From contig CAXGAI010000002.1 in the NCBI GenBank assembly GCA_964007735.1, forward strand, positions 62,001-126,000: DNA of 64,000 nucleotides, written 5' to 3'. The DNA comes from an uncultured Rhodopirellula sp. (GTDB lineage: Bacteria > Planctomycetota > Planctomycetia > Pirellulales > Pirellulaceae). Below, piece by piece: positions 42,515-51,195 of the stretch. The notes under the pieces were generated by a model. That model made no database searches. It saw only the letters and a program-made list of their open reading frames with translations, and was not told the origin of the DNA. The first letter of the stretch is position 1; the number at the start of each line of letters is the position of its first letter. The position numbers and the translations under genes were made by a program.

Positions 42515-43917
42515 TCAGGAACTCCCGTTATATCTTCGCTAACGGTTTTATTTTTCCCTAAATAATCCCTCAGAACTCCCTCTAGTTCCGGGTAAGCGAA
42601 CTCATGCTTACCCTGCTGAAGTTTCAATGACCTTACCCGGCAACTGCAAAGAAGCAAGGCTTCGGCCATTTCCCCGAAGGCGGCCCTAGCCATCAAGGAG
42701 GGAATAGGAAACAGGGTGGGACGCCCCAAAACACGCCCAAGTATCTTCGTGAACTCTAGGTTGGTCAGAACCTGAGGCGAGACGATATTTACCGGACCGA
42801 CAAAACTTTCATCCCTAATAAGCCTGGCAAGGGAATAAACCGCATCATCCAGAGAGATCCAACTCCAATACTGCTTACCATTGCCAACCTTTCCACCAAG
42901 TCCCAGCTTGAACGGTAAAAGCATGTTTTTCAGAGCCCCACCTTTGGGAGAAATGACAATCCCAAAACGAGAATGTACAACCCTCGAACAGGACCTTAAC
43001 GGGTCACAAGCGCCTTCCCAATCCCTACAAATAGTCGCTAGGAACGATCCGCAATTGTCTTCACTTCCCTCCTCCACCCATTGGTCTCCCGAATCTCCAT
43101 AGATACCGGTGGCGGAAGCACAAATGAAGGCCTTGGGAGGCTCTGCACAATTTGCAAGTGCTTCCGCGATCTTGCGTGTGCCATCTACTCTACTGTTGTA
43201 CAAACGCAATTTTTGATTCGTCGTCCAACGTTTACCAGCAATGTTTTCACCAGCGAGATGAATAAAGGCATCTAAACCCTCCAAGTTTGTTGTGTCTAAC
43301 TCACCTTTAACCGAATCCCAATAAGCCTCGCAGGGATCATCCGTTGGATTTCGCGAGATTCGAATCACCTCGTGACCGCCCCCTAAAAGAAATGCCCTTA
43401 ACTCGCTCCCGATTAAACCGGAACAACCAGAAATTGCAATCTTCATACGCTGCCCTGAAAAATCTGCCAGACGGGACAAATCATTCCTCGTTCGTTGGTG
43501 ACGAAACTTAAACATCTGTTCGACATCATCTTCTATCTTCTTGGACAAGAGCCACTCCCCTAAAATTCCGGCTGGAAGTTTATATGTAATGTCATCAGTG
43601 AGCAGAGATCCATCCGGAAGTTCGGAAAACAGGTGCTGATGCTCCCATGACTTAAAAGGCCCCGATTTCTGCACATCGACAAATCGTTCAGGATGCTGGT
43701 ACCCCTGATGAATAGCCTCCCACTTCGCCCTGATTGGTCCGATACCGATCGAAAAAACCGTTCTACTCCCATTGGTAATCCTATAGTCTGATTCGACTAC
43801 TCTGACGGATTTCCAGGGTGGAACCAACCTTTGAAATGCTCCGGGTTGTTCGTGCCAATCGAAGAGATACGTTTGAGAGCAGCTAAATTGAGAGGCAACT
43901 TTAAAGTACTTTACCAT
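42511..43917 (-). CDS. SRPBCC domain fused to TIGR01777-family NAD-dependent epimerase-like oxidoreductase
   Basis: N-terminal AFQRLVPPW, FVDVQKSGPFKSWEHQH; C-terminal SGCSGLIG, HLAGENI, SRVDGT, CRDWE, GKQYWSWI, GPVN. Confidence 0.9.
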   Translation of the reverse strand: MVKYFKVASQFSCSQTYLFDWHEQPGAFQRLVPPWKSVRVVESDYRITNGSRTVFSIGIGPIRAKWEAIHQGYQHPERFVDVQKSGPFKSWEHQHLFSELPDGSLLTDDITYKLPAGILGEWLLSKKIEDDVEQMFKFRHQRTRNDLSRLADFSGQRMKIAISGCSGLIGSELRAFLLGGGHEVIRISRNPTDDPCEAYWDSVKGELDTTNLEGLDAFIHLAGENIAGKRWTTNQKLRLYNSRVDGTRKIAEALANCAEPPKAFICASATGIYGDSGDQWVEEGSEDNCGSFLATICRDWEGACDPLRSCSRVVHSRFGIVISPKGGALKNMLLPFKLGLGGKVGNGKQYWSWISLDDAVYSLARLIRDESFVGPVNIVSPQVLTNLEFTKILGRVLGRPTLFPIPSLMARAAFGEMAEALLLCSCRVRSLKLQQGKHEFAYPELEGVLRDYLGKNKTVSEDITGVPE

Positions 43918-43923
43918 TTCCTC

Positions 43924-44874
43924 TTACGCCAATGCGAACATCATGTCATCTTGCAAGTTCATCGAGGCTGCTTGCTTACTTAGCTTCTTCAAAGCTCGCT
44001 GCTCAAGTTGCCTGACACGCTCTTTGGAAATCTCCATCTGATCGGCAAGTTGCTTTAACGAAAGCTTATCCTGTCTATTAATCCCAAACCGCCTTTCGAT
44101 GATGTAGCTTTCCCGATCGTCAAGAAGAGACAAAAGGCTATCTATGGCACCACAAACCAGATCCGGGCTTGCCACTCGTGAAGAACCTTCCTGCTCACAA
44201 GAATCAAAATGCTCGTACCTAACATACCGTTGATTCCGAGTCTTCTCCGTATCCATGTAGCGATAAACTCTACGCTTGAAAACCGTATGAAAATATGTAG
44301 AAAATCTATACCCCAGAAACACGTCGAATTTGTGAACGCTTTCCAAGAGCGACTCCGTACCCAAACTGAGAAGTTCATCGAAATCCCAGCCCTGCCGAAC
44401 GAAAGGCTTAATGATTGAAAGAATCATGCGAGTGTTAGAACGTGTCAAAACTTCTAGCAAAGTCATATACTGGGAACTCAAACTCTCTAATTCACGTTCC
44501 ATCCCAGATTGACCGACAAGCTCTCGCCCGTAATAGAGACAGTAAGCCAACTGCTCGAAATACGTCCGCTCCATCTCAGGAGACAGGAGTTTATACTCGC
44601 ATAGCCTCTGAATATGAGCGGGGGCGGATCCAATTGCTTCCGGAGAAGAGTAGGCAAGACCAATCTCAGACGTCACAAAGAAGCTTAGGACCTCCGATAA
44701 AAGGGGAATTGAAGAACAATTGCCCGAGAGGCTTACCGCATCGGCCTGCTGCAGAAACTCCTGACTAATACTGACACCAGTATCAAGACACTGATCGGAC
44801 CGGGAAGAATCTAACTTCTCTCTAACTAAAGTCGCCATAACACTCACCAAACAACTAAATTGACTTGACCACAA
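43924..44874 (-). CDS. RNA polymerase sigma-70 family factor
   Basis: Region 2 SNTRMI...DELLSLG..SLLESVHKFD..LGYRFSTY; region 4 LDDRESYIIERRFG..LKQLADQMEISKERVRQLEQRALKKL. Start uncertain (ATG 44838 plausible). Confidence 0.9.
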   Translation of the reverse strand: MWSSQFSCLVSVMATLVREKLDSSRSDQCLDTGVSISQEFLQQADAVSLSGNCSSIPLLSEVLSFFVTSEIGLAYSSPEAIGSAPAHIQRLCEYKLLSPEMERTYFEQLAYCLYYGRELVGQSGMERELESLSSQYMTLLEVLTRSNTRMILSIIKPFVRQGWDFDELLSLGTESLLESVHKFDVFLGYRFSTYFHTVFKRRVYRYMDTEKTRNQRYVRYEHFDSCEQEGSSRVASPDLVCGAIDSLLSLLDDRESYIIERRFGINRQDKLSLKQLADQMEISKERVRQLEQRALKKLSKQAASMNLQDDMMFALA

Positions 44875-44952
44875 ACGTTCAAAACGTTCTCTTCAGTCAT
44901 CATTATTCAGATTATCGGCCGGATGTCAAACATAAAAACGTTCAAAACGTTC
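44873..44952. repeat. Two copies of the tandem 9-mer unit AAACGTTCAAAACGTTC in the divergent promoter
   Basis: Identical 17-mers at 44873-44889 and 44936-44952. Confidence 0.8.
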
Positions 44953-45063
44953 ATAAAATCGTTTTTTATTATTTTATGTGGTCGTTTTCGAAGATAATAT
45001 CGTTCATTTTCCCCTGTTCTGTAATAATGTGGGGGTGTAGTTTGCATGGAAAGGGTGTGAGAT

Positions 45064-45918
45064 TTGAAAACTTTAGTGTCTCCCAAGCAATTGGCCAAAG
45101 CTATTGGTGTGAGTGAATCCTCGGTGAAACGCTGGTGTGACGATTCCCAGCTTCAGGCTACATACACCCCCGGTGGTCATCGGAAAATCAAAGTTGCTGA
45201 AGCTCTTGATTTCATTCGTCGATCAAATCATGGTTTGGTAGACCCGAGATCGATTGGGCTGCCGACTAACCTAGGAAAGAATTCCGTCGAGTTTTCCGAC
45301 GCCTCTGAGCTTTTAACTTCAGCATTAATTGACGGAGAAGAACCGAACTGCAGGCGAATCATACTAGATCTATATCTGCAAAACACGCCTTTGGAAACAA
45401 TTTTTGATCAGGTACTTTTACCGGCTTTTGTTGAAATTGGTGAAAAATGGGGATGCGGTGAAGTTGCCATTTACCAGGAGCGTTCTGCCTGCATGATTTG
45501 CAGCAAACTCTTAAATAGCTTGGAGGACACCATTCCTTCCTCTGAATTAGCTCCCCTGGCCATCGGTGGCACATTGACTGGCGATTTCTACGAAATCCCG
45601 ACACAAATGGTCTCGCTTGTCGGTCGGCAACAAGGATTTCAAACAAAATCTTTGGGGGCAAATCTTCCAGCATCGACGATTCTGGAAGCGGTTGAAAAAT
45701 ACTCGCCGAAATGGGTTTGGCTTAGCGTCTCTTATATCCCGGAAAATCATTACTTCCGGGCTGAGGTCAATCAACTCTGGGATGTCCTCTCAGCTCAGGG
45801 AATCCATCTAGTGCTTGGAGGCCGAGCGTTAACAACTGATATTAAGTCCGGTATCTCGTATACGACGTGCTGTGACAGCATGACCGACTTAGCCAACTTC
45901 CTAAAAATCATGAGCTAG
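45064..45918 (+). CDS. MerR-type HTH regulator with B12-binding-like domains (CarH/LitR-like)
   Basis: HTH SPKQLAKAIGVSESSVKRW..TPGGHRK; helix-bundle IGEKW(x9)ER; Rossmann domain GDFYEIP, LGANLP, VWLSVS, LVLGGRA. Confidence 0.85.
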   Translation: MKTLVSPKQLAKAIGVSESSVKRWCDDSQLQATYTPGGHRKIKVAEALDFIRRSNHGLVDPRSIGLPTNLGKNSVEFSDASELLTSALIDGEEPNCRRIILDLYLQNTPLETIFDQVLLPAFVEIGEKWGCGEVAIYQERSACMICSKLLNSLEDTIPSSELAPLAIGGTLTGDFYEIPTQMVSLVGRQQGFQTKSLGANLPASTILEAVEKYSPKWVWLSVSYIPENHYFRAEVNQLWDVLSAQGIHLVLGGRALTTDIKSGISYTTCCDSMTDLANFLKIMS

Positions 45919-45970
45919 AGAAGAACGGAAGCTGAGGTTACCGGATAAAACTAAATAGATAGCCTATTCT

Positions 45971-46996
45971 TTATCTATCAACTTCTTTACCAAACCTTTG
46001 CTGTATAACTCCCCACTCTCGCCCTTCGGCAAATCCAAAAAGTTCAGCAACCGCCAGGAAAAACATTCGCCAGCGGTTCCACCAAAGCCTGGCATCTTTC
46101 TGGTAGCACGCTTCGAAGACTTCCATGATTTTAACTTTGTTCGCGTCCATATTCTGCAACCAGGCTAGTGACGTTTTTTCATAATGTTTGCCGGACCATA
46201 CATCCTGCTTCTGGACCTGAAACCCCGACGCCGCATTTGACAAGGTTGAATGATTGGGCATCATTCCTCCCGTAAAGAAATAGCGGCCCATCCAATCATT
46301 AGCCCCGTTGGTCTCAAAATCATAGCTTAAGTCACGGTGCGCAAAAACATGGGTTAAGACTTGGCCGTCCGAGGCAAGCCATTTGGAAAGATTCGCGAAA
46401 AGACGTGAATGATTCCTTACATGTTCCATCATCTCGACGGAAATGATCCGATCAAATTGTTTCTTAGGCTCAAAGGCGTTGATATCCGCCGTAATCAAGT
46501 TCACCCGATTTCCAAGTCCTTTCTCCTGCAATCGGAGGTCAATATGCTCCCGCTGAGAATTCGAATTAGATATGGCAGTAATCGCAACGTTGGGAAATCT
46601 CTCCGCCAGCCAAACCGTGAGAGACCCCCACCCGCACCCCAAATCGAGGATCTCCATTCCATCCTGAACTCCTGCATTAGCGACGGTTCTGGCAAGAGCC
46701 AGCTCTTCAGCAGCATCGAGATGCTCCGTCTCAGCGTCCCAATAACAACAACTGTACTTCCGATTTATCCCGAGCACCATTTCATAAAACTTGGCGGGAA
46801 CCTCATAATGCTGCTCATTAGCAGCAGTGGTTTCAACTGCTATTTCCAGACTCTCATCCCGCCCAATTCCAAACTGACTCTTGGATCTTTCCTGAACGAG
46901 ACGCTGCCGACAGAGTCGCCGCATCCCCCAGCGTAAAATCTTGTCCGGAATAAGCCCCTGTTCAGCGAGGCTTAACTTAAACTGACTTAAACCCAT
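45971..46996 (-). CDS. SAM-dependent methyltransferase, CFA-synthase family
   Basis: ANEQHYEVP, KYSCCYW, ILDLGCGWGS, FDRIISVEMMEH, WMGRYFFTGG. Confidence 0.9.
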   Translation of the reverse strand: MGLSQFKLSLAEQGLIPDKILRWGMRRLCRQRLVQERSKSQFGIGRDESLEIAVETTAANEQHYEVPAKFYEMVLGINRKYSCCYWDAETEHLDAAEELALARTVANAGVQDGMEILDLGCGWGSLTVWLAERFPNVAITAISNSNSQREHIDLRLQEKGLGNRVNLITADINAFEPKKQFDRIISVEMMEHVRNHSRLFANLSKWLASDGQVLTHVFAHRDLSYDFETNGANDWMGRYFFTGGMMPNHSTLSNAASGFQVQKQDVWSGKHYEKTSLAWLQNMDANKVKIMEVFEACYQKDARLWWNRWRMFFLAVAELFGFAEGREWGVIQQRFGKEVDR

Positions 46997-47001
46997 TTCT
47001 T

Positions 47002-47781
47002 CTACTCTGCACGATTTTTAGGAAACCAGGGAACAAACATCGAGGTAGCCTGCTGGTATTTACGATAAGCTTCTTCCCGGGATCTTAATGCCTGTGCTTC
47101 CACTGTAGGCACTCCGGTAATAAAGAGAAGGAAGACCAGAACCATCACTGGAAAAACAAATATCCAAAGTGAATTCACTCCATTGATCCCCAGAAACGCT
47201 AGCCCCAACCAATACAGCCATTCAAAAAAAAAGTTTGGGTGTCTGGAATAACGCCAGAGACCTGCCTTACAGACCTGACCGGAATTGCCTGGTGTCTTCC
47301 GAAATTTGGTCAGTGTCCAGTCAGAAGCAAATGCCCCAATCGTTCCAATCAAACATAAAGCCTCCCCCACGATTCCAAACTTGGTTATCTCAGTCTGCAG
47401 AAGCAATGCCGACCAGACTGGCAGAGAAAACAAAATAATTCCTAATCCTTGGAATATATAAAATCTGAACAGTTTTTGACGATACCGCTCTCCCCAACTC
47501 TCTCTCAGCCGACGATACCTACCGTCCTCTTTTTCCAGAGCCAACGTTCGATAAATAATCATACCACCAAGCCGAGCAAACCAAAGTAATTGAAGGACGA
47601 TAAGGTGCCAACCCAGACTCGTAATTTCAGTGTCCGGATAAATGGCATAGAAAACACTTGCACCGGTAACTCCAAAGCACCAAACAAAATCAATAATGCT
47701 GGTGTGCGAAGTGTTCTCCAGTAAGAGAAAGACGACGATTACCAACAAAAAAGAAGCGGCGGTTGCGATGAGCAAATCCAT
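47002..47781 (-). CDS. DUF1295 (steroid 5-alpha-reductase-like) membrane protein
   Basis: IIDFVW, EDGRY, GLWRYSRHPNFFFEWLYW, YRKYQQATSMFVPW. Confidence 0.9.
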   Translation of the reverse strand: MDLLIATAASFLLVIVVFLLLENTSHTSIIDFVWCFGVTGASVFYAIYPDTEITSLGWHLIVLQLLWFARLGGMIIYRTLALEKEDGRYRRLRESWGERYRQKLFRFYIFQGLGIILFSLPVWSALLLQTEITKFGIVGEALCLIGTIGAFASDWTLTKFRKTPGNSGQVCKAGLWRYSRHPNFFFEWLYWLGLAFLGINGVNSLWIFVFPVMVLVFLLFITGVPTVEAQALRSREEAYRKYQQATSMFVPWFPKNRAE

Positions 47782-49011
47782 CTATGACCTCTCAAACAAC
47801 AATTGAGCAACACTGACGTGCTGACTGCTAAAACCGGCCTTACAATACTCAAGGTAATACTCCCACAACCGCTGAAAACTTGCATCGTAACCCAATTTTT
47901 TACACTCTTCTGATTTAGCTCTAAAACCCTTTAGCCAAAATCCTAATGTTTGTACGTAACTGGAGGTCATATCAAGGAAGTGAACGCGTTCGAAAAGCTC
48001 CTCTTCCGTATTGATTGCATCAATTCTTTTCATTGACGGTAAACAACCACCAGGGAATATGTAAAATCGAATAAAATCGACGGATTCCAGATAATCTTCA
48101 TAGTCATCATCATTCATCAGAATCGATTGCAAAAGCATTCTTCCTCCCGGCTTCAGGAGTGCCTTACATTTCCTAAAAAACACTTCCAGATACTCATCTC
48201 CAACAGCTTCAATCATTTCCACAGAAACAAGCTTGTCGTAGCTGCCCGGTAACTCACGATAATCCTGGTCCAACACCTCCACCAGATTTTCCAGACCACT
48301 TTCCCGCACCCTTTGTTGAGCAAAATCAAACTGCTCTTTAGAAATCGTCGTGGTCGTCACACGACAACCATAGTTTTCGGCGGCATAGATCGCCAAAGCT
48401 CCCCAACCTGTACCAATTTCAAGCAAATGGTCATTTGCTGTCAGCTGTAAAGAATCACAAGCCGCCTTCATCTTTTCAAGAGAGGCTTCGCGCATCGTCA
48501 TGTCAGCGCGATTGAAAATCCCGGAACTGTAACACAATGTCTCATCAAGAAATAATTTGTAGAAGTCATTCCCAAGATCGTAATGTTTGCTAATATTGCT
48601 ACGACTATTTGCTACCGAATTATGCCGGCGAGAATGTAAGAAACGGGGACGTAAATTTCCCAGCCAGGAATACTTCCGAAGCATTTTTTTCAAACTCCGG
48701 GTCTGTCCAAGCAATGCCTTAAATAGTCCACTTAAATCAGAACAACTCCACTCACCTGCAATATAGGACTCCGCAACCCCCAAATCTCCTCGACGGAGTA
48801 ACCGCTGATAGAACAGCTTGGACTGAACCTCAATCGTGAACTGAAGCGTTGAATTCGGGTCCCCCATAAAATGTGCTCCATCACAATCATGAAGAGTAAC
48901 CCCTACTTCATCCTGATTGGAAAATGATTGCCTGAGCAATTTCCTCGCAGCAGAAACAATGCCCGGAATGCGAAACATCTTTCGTGGCAGCGGAGCCTCT
49001 AGCATTGTCAT
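47782..49011 (-). CDS. cfa: Cyclopropane-fatty-acyl-phospholipid synthase family methylase (UfaM-like)
   Basis: LGVAESYIAGEW, NISKHYDLGNDFY, LLEIGTGWG, SVEMIEAVG, FIRFYIFPGG, RLWEYYL.YC.AGF. Confidence 0.88.
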   Translation of the reverse strand: MTMLEAPLPRKMFRIPGIVSAARKLLRQSFSNQDEVGVTLHDCDGAHFMGDPNSTLQFTIEVQSKLFYQRLLRRGDLGVAESYIAGEWSCSDLSGLFKALLGQTRSLKKMLRKYSWLGNLRPRFLHSRRHNSVANSRSNISKHYDLGNDFYKLFLDETLCYSSGIFNRADMTMREASLEKMKAACDSLQLTANDHLLEIGTGWGALAIYAAENYGCRVTTTTISKEQFDFAQQRVRESGLENLVEVLDQDYRELPGSYDKLVSVEMIEAVGDEYLEVFFRKCKALLKPGGRMLLQSILMNDDDYEDYLESVDFIRFYIFPGGCLPSMKRIDAINTEEELFERVHFLDMTSSYVQTLGFWLKGFRAKSEECKKLGYDASFQRLWEYYLEYCKAGFSSQHVSVAQLLFERS

Positions 49012-49036
49012 AGTTTAGGTCTCAAAACGGTTTGAA

Positions 49037-49789
49037 CTAGTTCTGTTTATTCGGATGCGGTTGAAAGGGTACTTTTTTACACCACAAACGAAAAGCCTGA
49101 AAGTATATCCCGATCAAGATTCTTATCGTGATGAAGGGGTATCGCAGGTTTAAACGTAAGAGACTGGTCGTACTAAATTCTCTGCGTTTCAACCGAATGC
49201 CTGCGATGAAAGGGACGTTTTCGTTTTGGTCTCTTAGTCTGATCGCCAAACGCAACGTCTCGGAAGGTTCGCTAATGGACCAGTGATATCGATATGCCAT
49301 CGACATGAATGGGGAAACATGCATTTTTTTCTCTGTGGTCGAGCGTCTGTCAGACCTACCCTTCCAGTGCGAATTATCGAGAAGATATAAATGCTTTTCA
49401 CCCCAGGGAGTATTATTAACCTCGGCGACGACATACTTCAACTCACCTTGGTTATCAAAACAGTAATAAAATGCAACTGGATTCATAAAGTACCCAAGGG
49501 TCCTTACCTGTGTTAACAGTGCCACCCGACTAATTGTTTCATCCCCCGTCTGTTCATTTATAAAATCCAGTAAAGCATCTTTTAAGCAATGCTTCTCCCC
49601 AAAATAATCCCGCCGGCGAAACCTGTTAAACCAGGGCCAGTTTGTTGCCATCAGGCGAGACTTGCTGAACAAGTCTCCTATTTCATCAAGGTCAAGAAAT
49701 GCCATATATAATCCCAGGCGGAATCCATGGCGTCTGGGAGTCTTGCGTGCATGGAATACTACGCCTTCATAGAAACAACTGTTAAGCAT
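49037..49789 (-). CDS. DUF1365 protein (UfaO-like)
   Basis: [52 protein letters not shown]. Confidence 0.9.
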   Translation of the reverse strand: MLNSCFYEGVVFHARKTPRRHGFRLGLYMAFLDLDEIGDLFSKSRLMATNWPWFNRFRRRDYFGEKHCLKDALLDFINEQTGDETISRVALLTQVRTLGYFMNPVAFYYCFDNQGELKYVVAEVNNTPWGEKHLYLLDNSHWKGRSDRRSTTEKKMHVSPFMSMAYRYHWSISEPSETLRLAIRLRDQNENVPFIAGIRLKRREFSTTSLLRLNLRYPFITIRILIGIYFQAFRLWCKKVPFQPHPNKQN

Positions 49790-51065
49790 TTTTGTTTTCC
49801 AAAATAGAAACCGCCGTCTCCCCTAATAGGCCATTCACAGCCTTTAGACTGCTGCGTACACCATCCTCGTGAAAACCAGCTCCCCAATAGGCTCCACAGT
49901 AAGATATACCATCTAAATTGATCAGTTCACCATGCCTTTGAGAGGTTGCGTATTTTCCCTCATCAAACTGTGGATGTGCGTATTGGATCTTTCGGATAAT
50001 CTTTCGGGGGTCTACTTTGTGTTCCGCATTTAAAGTGACGAGGTATTGAGTTCTAGTATGAATCGACTGCAGCTTGTTCATCCAGTAAGTAACCGAGGCT
50101 TTGGTCTCCTTTTCATGCTCAAGTAAATAATTCCAAGATGCCCAGGCATGTTTTGTTTTAGGAAGTATGGAGGTATCGGTATGAAGAATCGCCAGATTCG
50201 ACTCATATCGAAAAGAATTCAGAATCTCACGCTCCACAGGGATTGGATTCTCGAGCATTCTTAATGCCTGATCAGTATGGGTTGCTACGACAACATGGTC
50301 ATACTCCAACTCCTGACGTCCTTCAACCTGAATGACAACTTTTCCCCCAGCACTACGGCGTATCACTGAAACTGGACTATCCAGATGGAAATTAGTTGAC
50401 GAACCTTCCATCAATCTTTCAACATAACTCCTAGATCCATTAGAAATCGTAAACCATTGAGGCCTGTCATTAATGCTTAACAAACCGTGATGTGCATAGA
50501 AGTCCAAAACGAATCGTACGGGAAACGTCATAAATCTCTCACACGATGTTGACCAAATAGCAGCACCCATGGGTAAAAAGAAATATTCGAGCAAGTCTCT
50601 CCTAAAAGAATACTTACGAAAGAACTGCTCGATGGTCATCTCGTGAGGAACATTCTTTCTAACGCGGCCCGCCACTTTGTTAAAACGATAAATCTCGTAA
50701 AGAAACCGGATATGAGGAATCGAAAAGATTCTCTTGCGTTGCGCAAACAGGCCGCCAAGATTGGCGCCCCGAAACTCTAGGCCGGAAGGCTCATGCTTTA
50801 TCCCAAAAGACATTTCGGAAGGTTGGTAACTTACACCCAGTTCACCCAGCAAACGAATAAAGTTTGGGTAGGTTCTGTCATTAAATACGATGAAACCTGT
50901 GTCGACCGGTATCAGTCCTTCTTCACTATCCGTAACATCAACCGTATTAGTGTGTCCGCCAAAATAGCTTTTAGCTTCGTACAGATCAACCTGATCTACT
51001 AGTTTGCTCAAGTAATATGCACTGGTGAGTCCGGATATGCCCGAACCAATGATTGCGATTTTCAT
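49782..51065 (-). CDS. FAD/NAD-binding amine-oxidase-family protein (UfaD desaturase-like)
   Basis: [63 protein letters not shown]; overlaps the DUF1365 start. Confidence 0.9.
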   Translation of the reverse strand: MKIAIIGSGISGLTSAYYLSKLVDQVDLYEAKSYFGGHTNTVDVTDSEEGLIPVDTGFIVFNDRTYPNFIRLLGELGVSYQPSEMSFGIKHEPSGLEFRGANLGGLFAQRKRIFSIPHIRFLYEIYRFNKVAGRVRKNVPHEMTIEQFFRKYSFRRDLLEYFFLPMGAAIWSTSCERFMTFPVRFVLDFYAHHGLLSINDRPQWFTISNGSRSYVERLMEGSSTNFHLDSPVSVIRRSAGGKVVIQVEGRQELEYDHVVVATHTDQALRMLENPIPVEREILNSFRYESNLAILHTDTSILPKTKHAWASWNYLLEHEKETKASVTYWMNKLQSIHTRTQYLVTLNAEHKVDPRKIIRKIQYAHPQFDEGKYATSQRHGELINLDGISYCGAYWGAGFHEDGVRSSLKAVNGLLGETAVSILENKNA

Positions 51066-51195
51066 GAATGCCCCTTTTGGTGGATGTTGTACAAAACTAT
51101 CGCGAAAAAAAAACCCAAAAAAACAAAAAAAGACTGGGCGAATTGAAAGTCATGTCTACAAATACACTGACTATCCATTCATTTAGGGAATTCTC

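Noticed and set aside
44865..45116. Short ORF with a repeated NVQNV peptide
   Set aside because: It is a by-product of the DNA repeats in the divergent promoter and overlaps both flanking genes.
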